Notes: generated from the letters alone by a model not told the origin. Counted from the first letter of the stretch, positions 8,702 through 18,181 are shown. The stretch is DNA of 36,023 bases from Candidatus Acidiferrum sp. (GCA_049691535.1 JBAVNY010000446.1:1-36023), one strand, 5' to 3'. Program-made: numbers and translations.

Positions 8702-10864
8702 CTAGCTGTTCAGTGACCGCTCCGGTTGCAACGGCAACTTCGTCAGTCGCACTTTCGTCGCATCGAAAAACGCGTTCCCAATCGACGGCGCAATTGCCAT
8801 GATCGGCGTTTCGCCAGCTCCCGCGGAAGGAAGATCTTTACGATCAATCAAGATGGCTTCAATTTCCGGCACATCTTTAAATCGCGGCAGGCGATAACTC
8901 GCGAAGTGCGGATTCTTGATTCTGCCGTTCTCAAATTCGATGATCTCAAACAGCGCGCCGCCGAGCCCTTGAATCATCGCGCCGACCACCTGATTGCGCA
9001 GCCCGTCCGGATTCACGATGGCGCCGCACTCGAAAGCTTCCACCAGTTTTACTACGCGAACCGTCCCGGCCTTCCGATCCACCGCCAGTTCCGCGAACGT
9101 CGCCACGTAGCTGCCTTTCTCATAACCGCAAGCCACGCCGAAGCCCTGCCCCTCACCAGTTTTCTTGCGCGGCCAGCCAAACGCCTTCGCCGCAGTGTCC
9201 AGTACCGCCTTCATGCGGGGATCGGCCAGATTTTTCAACCGGAATTCCAGCGGATCCATTTGCGCCTCATGCGCCAGAATGTCCATGTGCGTTTCACGCG
9301 CAAAGTGATTCGCTGTCGCCGCCAGTCCTCGATACGAACCGCTGCGCAAAACCAATGGCACTTGATGATACTGCGTGTATTGGTTCGGGACATCGTACGG
9401 CGTTTCAATCGCCGACATTCCCGAATGATAATTGTGAAATTCCCATGCCGTCACTTTGCCGTCCGCGGTCATTCCACTCTTCACTTCGATCACGCCCGCG
9501 GGCCGAAAATACGCCCACGTGAATTCTTCTTCGCGTGTCCAGATTATTTTCACGGGCTTGCCGGAAGTGGCTTTCGCCAATCGCGCTGCTTCCAATCCCG
9601 CGTCGCTGGTGTGCTTTCCGCCGTAAGCGGAACCCGTGTCTGGGACGATCACGCGCACATCTTTTTCCGTCACATGGAAAATATTTGCCAACTCGTCGCG
9701 CACTGCAAACGGCCGTTGCGTCCCCATCCACACATTCAGCTTGCCATCTGTCCACTGCGCAACGGCGGCACGCGGCTCCAAAGGCGCGTGCGCAATATAC
9801 TCGACGGTGTACGTTCCTTCATGCCGTTTCGCCGCCCCAGCCAAGCCCTCCGCCACGGAACCTTTTCGCTGCTGGAAACGATCTTCGTTCGACGGCTGCG
9901 CTTTTTCCTTCAAGTACGAAAAAATCTCTGCATTCGAAATCTGCGGCACTTCTTTCCATTGCACTCTTATCGCGCTAAGCGCCGCCTGTGCCGCTTCTGT
10001 AGTTGGCGCCGCCGCCGCAACGAAATCGCCGTCGCGAACAACGACTACATCCTTCATCCCTTTAGCTGCGGTATCGTCATAAGACGTCAGCGTCGCGCCA
10101 AACGAGGGTGGCCGCAGCACTTTGCCATACAGCATTCCCGTCGGACGCATATCCGTCGTGTAGTGGTGCTTGCCAGTAACAAATTCGCGCGCATCCACCT
10201 TAGGAATAGGCTTGCCCGCCACATTCCATGCGCTTGCTGGCTTAGCCTTGATTTGCGACGGAATAGTTTGCGCCAGCGCATTTCCCTTTGCCAGCTCGCT
10301 ATACGCCACCGAGCGCTTCGAAGCGGGATCGGTAATCTTTCCGTTGGCCGCGACCAGTGAATCCGCGGACAAATTCCACTGCTTGGCCGCCATGTCCAGC
10401 AACAGCCCCCGCGCTGCTGCCGAGACGCGCCGGAATTGTGGCGTCATGGTCGGCGTCGTGCGGCTTCCAAACGTTCCCGCATCAAAGGGACACAGCATCG
10501 TATCCGCGGTAACCATCCGCACATTTTCAAATGGCACGCCCAGTTCGTCGGCAATCGTTTGCGACAATTCGGTGCGGATGTTCTGCCCAATTTCCGCTTT
10601 GCCGGTAAAGCCCGTTACCGTCCCATCTTCTCCAATATGCAGCCACGCGCCAATTTCGTTCGGTAGTTCTTCGGTGTGAAATCCTTTAGTGGCTGGAGCC
10701 GTTTCCTGTGCCAGCGCGTCTTTGGCAACCGCGAATACCGCAATTCCCGCGCCAAGGATTTTGAAAAAGTCGCGTCGCGCCAGTTCAAAATGATGCATCG
10801 GCAGCGCGCGAAATTCGTAGCGCTCTGGTTCTACGATGTAGGTGTCGGCCTGTTTAGGCATCAC
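8702..10864 (-). CDS. Xanthine dehydrogenase family molybdopterin-binding subunit (IorB/NicB-like), Tat-type signal
   Basis: 720 aa. ARRDFFK leader followed by an h-region and ALA. Motifs: KAEIGQNIRT, GTFGSRT, AHAPLEP, GSAYGGK, WTREEEF, GAIVNPDG, and catalytic GAGETP. Confidence 0.93.
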   Translation of the reverse strand: MMPKQADTYIVEPERYEFRALPMHHFELARRDFFKILGAGIAVFAVAKDALAQETAPATKGFHTEELPNEIGAWLHIGEDGTVTGFTGKAEIGQNIRTELSQTIADELGVPFENVRMVTADTMLCPFDAGTFGSRTTPTMTPQFRRVSAAARGLLLDMAAKQWNLSADSLVAANGKITDPASKRSVAYSELAKGNALAQTIPSQIKAKPASAWNVAGKPIPKVDAREFVTGKHHYTTDMRPTGMLYGKVLRPPSFGATLTSYDDTAAKGMKDVVVVRDGDFVAAAAPTTEAAQAALSAIRVQWKEVPQISNAEIFSYLKEKAQPSNEDRFQQRKGSVAEGLAGAAKRHEGTYTVEYIAHAPLEPRAAVAQWTDGKLNVWMGTQRPFAVRDELANIFHVTEKDVRVIVPDTGSAYGGKHTSDAGLEAARLAKATSGKPVKIIWTREEEFTWAYFRPAGVIEVKSGMTADGKVTAWEFHNYHSGMSAIETPYDVPNQYTQYHQVPLVLRSGSYRGLAATANHFARETHMDILAHEAQMDPLEFRLKNLADPRMKAVLDTAAKAFGWPRKKTGEGQGFGVACGYEKGSYVATFAELAVDRKAGTVRVVKLVEAFECGAIVNPDGLRNQVVGAMIQGLGGALFEIIEFENGRIKNPHFASYRLPRFKDVPEIEAILIDRKDLPSAGAGETPIMAIAPSIGNAFFDATKVRLTKLPLQPERSLNS

Positions 10865-11337
10865 CCGCGCTCCTGCATTTTGCTCGCGGCCTTACGCACA
10901 GCTGCCAGAATTCTCGGGTGAGTGCCGCAGCGGCACAGATTGCCTTGCAACGACTGCACAATTTGTTCCTGAGTCGGATTATGGTTGGCTTGCAGCAGCG
11001 AAACACTGCTCATGATCATTCCCGAAGTGCAATACGCACACTGAAACGCGCCTTCGTCCAGGAACGCCTGTTGCACCGGATGCAGCGCGCCATTCTTTTC
11101 CAGACCTTCGATTGTAGTGATCGGCTTGCCTGTCGCCGCGCTGACCGGAATCTGACAAGAACGTCTCGCCGTCCCACCGATCAGCACTGTGCACGCTCCG
11201 CACATGCCTTCGCCACAACCGTATTTTGTTCCGGTTAATCCCAGTTCATCGCGAAGCACGTACAACAGCGGCGTATCGGCAGAATAGTGGACGGGATAAC
11301 GCTTCCCGTTAATTTCCAGTTCAATCGTTTGGCCCAT
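10861..11337 (-). CDS. 2x[2Fe-2S] small subunit (IorA/CoxS-like)
   Basis: GTKYGCGEGMCGACTV, QCAYCTSG and GNLCRCGT motifs. ATGA overlap with the Mo subunit start. Confidence 0.95.
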   Translation of the reverse strand: MGQTIELEINGKRYPVHYSADTPLLYVLRDELGLTGTKYGCGEGMCGACTVLIGGTARRSCQIPVSAATGKPITTIEGLEKNGALHPVQQAFLDEGAFQCAYCTSGMIMSSVSLLQANHNPTQEQIVQSLQGNLCRCGTHPRILAAVRKAASKMQERG

Positions 11338-11379
11338 AAACTAAACCCTTCCCTCAAACAGAATACACCTGCGGGATAA

Positions 11380-11961
11380 TCAGTGCTTGTGGCAGGTTTC
11401 GCACGCAGCTTTCGCGTGATTCAGTTCGTGACAATGCAGGCAGGCATACATCGTCGTCACACTGGTGACTTCCGACATCGCCGCCATCTGCGCAACATTG
11501 CCGTGACACGTTTCGCATTTCACGCCAGCGGCGAGATGCGGTTGATGCGACCACTGCACTCCCGGCAACACCTTGTATACCCGCACCCACGGAATCTCTT
11601 CCTTCGATTGCGCATACTGCGCCAGCTTCTGAATGGACGGCTTGTCCTTAGCGATAGTGACGTGGCACTGCATGCAGCGATCCGCCGAAGGGAAAGTCAT
11701 CAACTTTCCTGGTTCTGGATTGGTGTGGCATTCCTTGCACTGCAGGCCGAGCGCGAGATGCTGTTTGTGGCTGTAGGGAATCGGCTGCTCCGGCGCGGGA
11801 TGGTCGCTGGGATTATCCGGCACCATCGCTTTAACCATCTTGGGTTTTGCAGCTACTTTTTTCTGCGCCGCATCTTGTGCCCTCGCCACGCCCGCGCCGC
11901 ACAGTAGCAACGCCAGAGCTTGTAAAACGACTGCCACTCTCATTCCGCTCTTCCGACCCAT
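11380..11961 (-). CDS. Periplasmic pentaheme cytochrome c (ActA/QrcA-like, c3 family)
   Basis: Five CxxCH motifs (CKECH, CMQCH, CETCH, CLHCH, CETCH), plus PEQPIPYSHKQH and IPWVRVY...SHQPH. Cleavable signal peptide ending ARA. GAGGAG RBS. Confidence 0.88.
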   Translation of the reverse strand: MGRKSGMRVAVVLQALALLLCGAGVARAQDAAQKKVAAKPKMVKAMVPDNPSDHPAPEQPIPYSHKQHLALGLQCKECHTNPEPGKLMTFPSADRCMQCHVTIAKDKPSIQKLAQYAQSKEEIPWVRVYKVLPGVQWSHQPHLAAGVKCETCHGNVAQMAAMSEVTSVTTMYACLHCHELNHAKAACETCHKH

Positions 11962-12016
11962 CGGGATTTCTCCTCATCCAGAAAAGTTTGCTCTTGCAGC
12001 GTTCCCTTGCCCTGTG

Positions 12017-13687
12017 TCAGGCCCTTTTCGCCACCACTTCTTCAATACTCGTGCCGAAATCCTTCAGCATCACCGTGGCGGCGTTGCGCCCCGGACCGCC
12101 GGTCACCGAACCGCCAGGATGTGTCGTCGCGCCGGTCTGATACAAACCGGGAATGGGCATGCGATGTTGCGCCCAGCCTAGCATCGGCCGCATCGGTCCA
12201 GTCTGCGAAGCGCTCTGCGCTCCCGCGTGGGCGCTGCCGTGCCAGAAGTGCGGATTCATGCGTTCCAGATCAAGTGGACTTTCCACAAAACGCGCCAGAA
12301 TTTTGTCGTCCGTCAAATTTGGCGAGAAGCGGCGCAAATATTTCAAATGCGCGTCGGCCACGTCATTCTTGATTTTGTCCCAATGCTCCGGCCCTTCCTT
12401 CAATGCGTAGGGATGCCAGCTCAGCACCTTTAACGTGTGCATGCCCTTGGGCGTTCGCGAAGGGTCAGCAATCGTGCAGCAAATCACTTGCAGTGGCGGC
12501 TCATCCAGGTTCACCGCGCCGCGGATATCATCGAATCCAAATCGCAGCGCGCGGTAGGGCGATGCGAGTATTCCAGACTCGACGGGCGAGAGCGTCCCGC
12601 CATCCACTTTATATTTCGGCGGCTCCGATGTTGCATAATGCGTGGCGAACATCGCGTTTTCCGCCTGCCAGGTGTCCACGCCATACAGAAAATCCTCGCC
12701 CCACAATTGCTTCGGCGCCATATCCACCAAATGTTTTATGTGCACCGTGGAGACCACCGCCTTGTTGGCGCGATAAGAACTCCCGTCGCTGCATTCCACG
12801 CCCGTGCATTTCCCATTCTCGACAATCAGGCTCTTCACCCATTTGTTAGTAAGGATCACGCCGTTGTGCGCTTCGATAAAACGCGCCAATGCCACTGTCA
12901 GCGCGCCCGAACCACCCTTTGGCAGCGGACGTCCCGAGTGCTGCTGCCGCGCTGCGCCATAGGCGAGTCGGCCCGTGACTGGCGAATCCGGAGGCTCGGC
13001 GGCAAGATGCGACATATACAACGCGAAAATTCGTGAGTGGTCATCGTCAAACGTATCTTTAATCACGTCCCAGGCCGACATGGCCAGCCGACGCTGCCAC
13101 AATTTGCCTTTGGGCTGTTGCGCCAACTGATCGTTCAGCGGTTTGCCGAAGCCAATGGGAGTAAAGGACGCGTCGATCAACAGCGGCCGGATCGCATCCA
13201 AGTCCGCCAGCATCTTGCGATACGCTTCCGCATCCTTCTTGGAAAATTTTGCAAATTCCGCGCACGTCCGATCCAGGTCGCGCCATTGCGTCAGGTACGA
13301 GCCATCCGGGAAGGGAATATGAAACACCGGATCGGGCGTGATGTATTCCAGTCCGTAATCTCCCAGCTGCAGTTCGTTATTCTTTAGCATGGGATTGTCT
13401 TGAATGAAGACGTGCGCCGTGGAGCAGCAATCGTCGTGGAATCCGCGCAGCGTGAGCTCCGCAGTCTTCACTCCGCCGCCAACTTTAGGACGCCCTTCTA
13501 GCACCACGCAGCGATAGCCCGCTTTCGCCAGGTAGGCCGCGGTAATCAGGCTGTTGTGTCCAGCGCCTGCCACCACGATGTCGAAGCGATCCGATGTGCC
13601 AGTGGCCGATTGCAACGCCAGATGCTTAACCGCGAGCGGAGCGATAGCCGCCCCTTTCACGAATCGACGCCGCGTGAATTTGCTCAT
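12017..13687 (-). CDS. Phytoene-dehydrogenase-like NAD(P)/FAD oxidoreductase, paralog 1, with twin-arginine leader
   Basis: FDIVVAGAGHNSL Rossmann motif, LEGRPKVGG, PKGGSGALT, and C-terminal GLYQTGATTHPGGSVTGGPGRNAA. N-terminus is MSKFTRRRFVKGAA. Confidence 0.88.
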   Translation of the reverse strand: MSKFTRRRFVKGAAIAPLAVKHLALQSATGTSDRFDIVVAGAGHNSLITAAYLAKAGYRCVVLEGRPKVGGGVKTAELTLRGFHDDCCSTAHVFIQDNPMLKNNELQLGDYGLEYITPDPVFHIPFPDGSYLTQWRDLDRTCAEFAKFSKKDAEAYRKMLADLDAIRPLLIDASFTPIGFGKPLNDQLAQQPKGKLWQRRLAMSAWDVIKDTFDDDHSRIFALYMSHLAAEPPDSPVTGRLAYGAARQQHSGRPLPKGGSGALTVALARFIEAHNGVILTNKWVKSLIVENGKCTGVECSDGSSYRANKAVVSTVHIKHLVDMAPKQLWGEDFLYGVDTWQAENAMFATHYATSEPPKYKVDGGTLSPVESGILASPYRALRFGFDDIRGAVNLDEPPLQVICCTIADPSRTPKGMHTLKVLSWHPYALKEGPEHWDKIKNDVADAHLKYLRRFSPNLTDDKILARFVESPLDLERMNPHFWHGSAHAGAQSASQTGPMRPMLGWAQHRMPIPGLYQTGATTHPGGSVTGGPGRNAATVMLKDFGTSIEEVVAKRA

Positions 13688-13766
13688 TCGCCTTCTCCCC
13701 TGAACTTTTCTTTACCGGCTGCGACGGACGCGAACCTCGCAACCGCGTTCTGCGTGCATCAGGTGT

Positions 13767-15350
13767 CTATGCTTTTTTCTTCAGCACTTCATCCAAACTC
13801 GAACCAAAGTCTTTCAGCATAACCGACGCAGCGTTGCGGCCGGGACCTCCTGAAACGGAACCGCCGGGATACGTGGTCGCACCCGTTTGATACAAGCCGG
13901 CGATCGGCATGCGATGCTGCGCCCACCCCGGTACTGGCCGCAATCCGCCAGACTGCGCCGCATCTTGCGCGCCTCCATGGCAGGTGCCGTGCCAATTGTG
14001 AGCGTTCATGCGCTCCAGGTCGAGCGGACTTTCCACGATGCGTGCCAGGATTTTATCGTCAGTCAAATTGGGCGCGAACTTCCGCAAATATTTCAAATTC
14101 GCATCCGAGACTTCGTCTTTAATCTTGTCCCAGTGCTGTGGTCCTTCTTTCAGTTCGTAGGGCTGATTGCCGATTACCTTAATCGTGTGCATGCCGGCGG
14201 GCGCCCGCGAAGGGTCCGCGATGGTGCTGCACACAATCAGCAACGGTGGATCTTCTACGTTCACGTCGCCGCGAGCGAAATCATAAGACACGCGCATGCC
14301 CCGCTCTGCCGTAGCCATTGTCCCTGAGGCCACCGAAGTCAACGTGCCGCCTGCAATTGGAAACTTGGGAGGCTCCGTCGAGGCGTAGTGCGTTGCGAAC
14401 AGCGTAATACCCGCTCTCCACGTTTCCACGCCAGCCAGAAAATCGTCACCAAACGCTTCGGAAGGAGCCATCTCCACCAGATGCTTAATGTGGATTGTGG
14501 ACAGGACCGCTTTTTGCGCGCGGTACGAACTTCCATCCGTGCATTCCACGCCCGTGCACTTTCCGTTTTCGACGATCAGTCGCTCCACCGTTTTATTCGT
14601 CAGGATGGTCCCGCCGTGCTCCTCAATCAATTTCGCCAGCGCTTGCGTCAACGTGCCAGAGCCGCCTTTCGGCGTAGTCCAACTCCATTTTTGCCGCCCC
14701 GCGCAAATCGAATACGCCAACCGCCCAGTTGCTGCCGCTTCCGGTGGCTCTACCGTCTGATACGCCATCCACACCATGAACGCGCGCGAGTGCTCGTCCT
14801 CAAACTGGTCGCGAATAATCTCCCACGCCGACATGGCCATGCGCCGCTGCCAGATTTTTCCTTGCGGATGGTCCGCGAGCCGTTCGTTCAGCGGCTTGCC
14901 AAATCCCACCGGTGTGTACGAAGTTGCCGCCAGCAACGGTCTGATCGATTCGTATTCGGTCATCATGCGCCGGTAAGCGATCGCATCCTTCTTCGAAAAT
15001 TTCGCGAATTCTTCGCAAGTGCGATCCAGGTCATGCCACTGTGTCAGATACGTTCCATCGGGAAAAGGAAGGTGCACCACCGGATCGGGGAAAATATATT
15101 CCAGGCCGTATTTTCCAAGCTGCAATTCATCGTCGCGAAAAATTGGACTGTCTTGAATCAATACGTGCGCTGAGGAACATACATCGTGATGGAATCCGCG
15201 GAGTGTGAGTTGCGTGGTTTTCACACCGCCGCCGACGAGGGCGCGACCCTCTAGGACAAGACAACGATAACCAGCTTTGGCGAGATACGCGGTTGCAATC
15301 AGACTGTTGTGGCCTGCGCCGGCAACCACGATGTCGAATTGATCAGCCAT
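13767..15350 (-). CDS. Phytoene-dehydrogenase-like NAD(P)/FAD oxidoreductase, paralog 2
   Basis: Start MADQFDIVVAGAGHNSL at ATG 15350, chosen by comparison with the paralogs. C-terminal GLYQTGATTYPGGSVSGGPGRNAA. No export signal. Confidence 0.88.
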   Translation of the reverse strand: MADQFDIVVAGAGHNSLIATAYLAKAGYRCLVLEGRALVGGGVKTTQLTLRGFHHDVCSSAHVLIQDSPIFRDDELQLGKYGLEYIFPDPVVHLPFPDGTYLTQWHDLDRTCEEFAKFSKKDAIAYRRMMTEYESIRPLLAATSYTPVGFGKPLNERLADHPQGKIWQRRMAMSAWEIIRDQFEDEHSRAFMVWMAYQTVEPPEAAATGRLAYSICAGRQKWSWTTPKGGSGTLTQALAKLIEEHGGTILTNKTVERLIVENGKCTGVECTDGSSYRAQKAVLSTIHIKHLVEMAPSEAFGDDFLAGVETWRAGITLFATHYASTEPPKFPIAGGTLTSVASGTMATAERGMRVSYDFARGDVNVEDPPLLIVCSTIADPSRAPAGMHTIKVIGNQPYELKEGPQHWDKIKDEVSDANLKYLRKFAPNLTDDKILARIVESPLDLERMNAHNWHGTCHGGAQDAAQSGGLRPVPGWAQHRMPIAGLYQTGATTYPGGSVSGGPGRNAASVMLKDFGSSLDEVLKKKA

Positions 15351-15542
15351 AAGCGCTCGCGCTCCAAATCGCAAACTTCATCGAACCGACCACTCTCGCG
15401 TGCGACACCAGATGGAATCAAGGGTCGAAAACCACAGGTATAGTCATCGTGCCACCATACATGTGCCGTTTGCCCCTCGGTTTCCTGATTGCAAGGGATT
15501 CAAAAATATGATACTCAAGCGTACAAGTCAAGCGCGGTGTGG

Positions 15543-15553
15543 TGGTCTGACCA
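15543..15553. promoter_or_regulatory. FadR-type operator TGGTCTGACCA in the divergent oxidoreductase/NTF2 intergenic region
   Basis: Perfect palindrome, 30 nt upstream of ATG 15583. A candidate minus-strand promoter TTGACT(15531-15526)-N17-TATTTT lies beside it. Confidence 0.7.
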
Positions 15554-15582
15554 ATTCTGTGGCTTGCTTCATTGGAGGCTTA

Positions 15583-16461
15583 ATGTCCTTTTTCCGTGGG
15601 TGTTCAATGCTGGTCGCGGCCAGCGTTCTCGTTGCATCCTTATTAGTGACCTCTCGAGTTGCGGTGGGTGCGGATACCTCCACTGTCGCCGCCGCCGATC
15701 ATGCTTGGACGGATGCCGTTGCCAAGAACGACTCCAGTGCCGCCGACAAGCTGACCGACACAGACTTTAGCTGGACCGACCGCACCGGAAAGACCCGCAG
15801 CAAGTCCGAAACTCTGGCGAGCCTGGGCTCATTCAAATCCGATCCCGACACGGACGTTGCTTCGATGGACGAAGGAAAAGTAGTGCTGTTCCGCGGCATG
15901 CACCACATCCCGTCACAAAACGCCTCGGTACGTTTTGTGCGAGTCTGGGTCGAGCGGCCACAGGGTTGGCGTCTGCTCATCTATCAGGAAACGACCAAGG
16001 CTGAGAAAACTCCCGAGAAGCGCAGCGGGTTTGGTTCGCCCAGCGATGGCGGCCCGGTAGCCTGCGAGAATCCCTGCAAGACGATTCCGTACAAGCCGGA
16101 GAATGCCGCCGAGGGAGAAGTTTCCTCTATGTGGCAAAAAGTAGAGCAATCAGTTTTGACCAACGATGTCGATGCCTGGATTCCGAACTTCACCGACGAT
16201 TTTGTGTTTGTGACGCCGGATGGTGGACCACCACTGAATAAGCAGGATCGCGTGGTGATGATCAAAGATTTGAAGAGCAAGAACATCACTCTGATCCCGG
16301 CCGAAGTAGTGAACATGAAGGTCTGGGTTTTGGGAGAAGCCGCGGTGATGCGTTCCGAGCACAAATCGCACCACGGCAAAACCTTGCACATCACGCGCGT
16401 ATTCACCAAGCGCAGCGGGCACTGGCAAATCGCCTTCGGAGAACAAACCGTAATCGAATAA
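15583..16461 (+). CDS. Exported protein with tandem NTF2-like (DUF4440/SnoaL-like) domains
   Basis: ATG 15583 follows GGAGG, then a signal peptide. Two repeats end FVRVWVERPQGWRLLIYQET and ITRVFTKRSGHWQIAFGEQT, joined by a CENPC linker. Confidence 0.8.
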   Translation: MSFFRGCSMLVAASVLVASLLVTSRVAVGADTSTVAAADHAWTDAVAKNDSSAADKLTDTDFSWTDRTGKTRSKSETLASLGSFKSDPDTDVASMDEGKVVLFRGMHHIPSQNASVRFVRVWVERPQGWRLLIYQETTKAEKTPEKRSGFGSPSDGGPVACENPCKTIPYKPENAAEGEVSSMWQKVEQSVLTNDVDAWIPNFTDDFVFVTPDGGPPLNKQDRVVMIKDLKSKNITLIPAEVVNMKVWVLGEAAVMRSEHKSHHGKTLHITRVFTKRSGHWQIAFGEQTVIE

Positions 16462-16527
16462 TGGTGGATTTAAGAATCGTCGGACGGCGAGGTCGCCTAT
16501 GCCTACAAGGAGCAACACCCCGACAAC

Positions 16528-18108
16528 TTAAGATTTTTTCTTTACCACTTCTTCAATACTGGTGCCGAAGTCTTTCAGCATCACGGTAGCAGCGTTGCGC
16601 CCGGGTCCACCGGTTACCGATCCACCCGGATGGGTTGTCGCGCCGGTCTGATACAAACCAGGAATTGGCATGCGATGTTGCGCCCAGCCAGCCATTGGTC
16701 GCAGCGCTCCGATTTGCGAAGGTTCCGAGCCGCCAGCGTGACAACTGCCATGCCAGTTATGCGGATTCATGCGTTCCCAATCCAGCGGACTCTCCACGGT
16801 ACGCGCCAGGAGTTTATCTTCCGTCAGATTTGGTGAGAAACGGCGCACGAATTCAAGGTTGGCGTCAGAAACTTCGCGCTTAATCTTGTCCCAATGCTCC
16901 GGCCCTTCTCGCAAACCATAAGGCTGGTAAGCCACCACTTTGATCGTGTGCATGCCCTTGGGAGCGCGCGTCGCATCGGCCAAGCTGCAACAGATTACGT
17001 GTAGCGACGGATTCTTGTAATTGACGTTGCCGCACGCGTAGTCGTAGCTCATCTCCAAAGCGCGCTCGCCGCTAACCATAAATCCGGAATGTACCGGCGA
17101 CAAAGTTTGCCCACCTGCCACCGTATATTTCGGCGGCTCCGTGGTCGCATAGTTCGTGGCGAAAAGCGTCAGTCCCGCTTCCCACGTGTCCACGCCGTAC
17201 AGAAAATCTTCGCCCCACAGTTCTTTCGGCGCCATATCGACCAGTTGCTTGATGTGAATCGTGGACAGCACCGCTTTTTGCGCGCGATACGAACTGCCGT
17301 CGCCGCATTCCACTCCAACGCATTTTCCATTTTCAATAATCAACGCTTGGATCCATTTGTTGGGAAGAATCACGCCCTGGTGCGCTTCGATAAATGCGGC
17401 CAGCGCTTGCGTCAACGCGCCAGAACCGCCTTTGGGCAGCGGCCGGCTCTCGCGTTGCTGGTGCAGCGGAATATACGCCGCGCGCGCGCTCATCGGAGCA
17501 TCCACCGGCTGCAGCGCATACGGGCATCCCAACATGAACGCGCGACAGCGATCATCTTCAAACGTCTCGCTGACAACGTCCCACGCCGACATGGCCAACC
17601 GCCGCTGCCAGATTTTGCCCTGCGGATGTGTGGCCAGCCGTTCGTTCAAAGGCTTGCCGAATCCGATAGGAGTAAAAGTAACGGCATTAATGAGCGGTTT
17701 CACCGTTTCATAGTCGGTGATCATCCGCCGGTACGCTTCGCCATCTTTTTTCGAAAATTTGCCAAATTCCTGGCAGGTGCGGTCCAGGTCGCGCCACTGC
17801 GTGATGTACGTGCCGTCCGGAAACGGCATGTGAAACACCGGATCGGGATAAATATATTCCAGGCCGTATTCGCTGAGGTTCAGCTCATTCTCGCGAATCA
17901 CCGGATTGCCGTGAATTCCATTGTGCGCCGAGGAGCAAACGTCGTGGATAAATCCCTCGAGCGTCAGGTGCGCCGACTTAACCCCACCGCCGACGATCGG
18001 CCGGCCTTCCAGCACCAGGCACTTGTAGCCAGCTTTCGCGAGGTACGCCGCGGCGAGCAAGCTGTTGTGGCCCGCTCCCGCAACAACAATGTCGAATTGA
18101 TCTGGCAT
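16528..18108 (-). CDS. Phytoene-dehydrogenase-like NAD(P)/FAD oxidoreductase, paralog 3
   Basis: Start MPDQFDIVVAGAGHNSL at ATG 18108 (AGGCGG RBS). Same motifs as paralogs 1 and 2. No export signal. Confidence 0.88.
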   Translation of the reverse strand: MPDQFDIVVAGAGHNSLLAAAYLAKAGYKCLVLEGRPIVGGGVKSAHLTLEGFIHDVCSSAHNGIHGNPVIRENELNLSEYGLEYIYPDPVFHMPFPDGTYITQWRDLDRTCQEFGKFSKKDGEAYRRMITDYETVKPLINAVTFTPIGFGKPLNERLATHPQGKIWQRRLAMSAWDVVSETFEDDRCRAFMLGCPYALQPVDAPMSARAAYIPLHQQRESRPLPKGGSGALTQALAAFIEAHQGVILPNKWIQALIIENGKCVGVECGDGSSYRAQKAVLSTIHIKQLVDMAPKELWGEDFLYGVDTWEAGLTLFATNYATTEPPKYTVAGGQTLSPVHSGFMVSGERALEMSYDYACGNVNYKNPSLHVICCSLADATRAPKGMHTIKVVAYQPYGLREGPEHWDKIKREVSDANLEFVRRFSPNLTEDKLLARTVESPLDWERMNPHNWHGSCHAGGSEPSQIGALRPMAGWAQHRMPIPGLYQTGATTHPGGSVTGGPGRNAATVMLKDFGTSIEEVVKKKS

Positions 18109-18181
18109 GTTCCGCCTGTGGTTCACTACCAAAATCCGCGCGTGCTGCGAAGTCCCCCGCACCGCACAATCCCTTACGCAA

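Noticed and set aside
8726..10360. 544-aa plus-strand ORF (likewise 17089-18321, 20817-21839, 32071-32994, and 6569-7612 on the minus strand)
   Set aside because: Antisense to well-supported genes and motif-free, as expected from codon bias in GC-rich DNA.
11380..11961. Alternative complex III or Qrc operon
   Set aside because: No ActB/ActC/QrcBCD-like genes. The neighbouring Mo protein is XDH-family.
13715..13746. Hairpin between flavoprotein paralogs 2 and 1 as a terminator
   Set aside because: No U-tract on the coding (minus) strand. More likely an intercistronic stabiliser or chance.
12017..18108. Carotenoid/hopanoid biosynthesis cluster
   Set aside because: No phytoene/squalene synthase, prenyltransferase or cyclase is present, and the context is catabolic.
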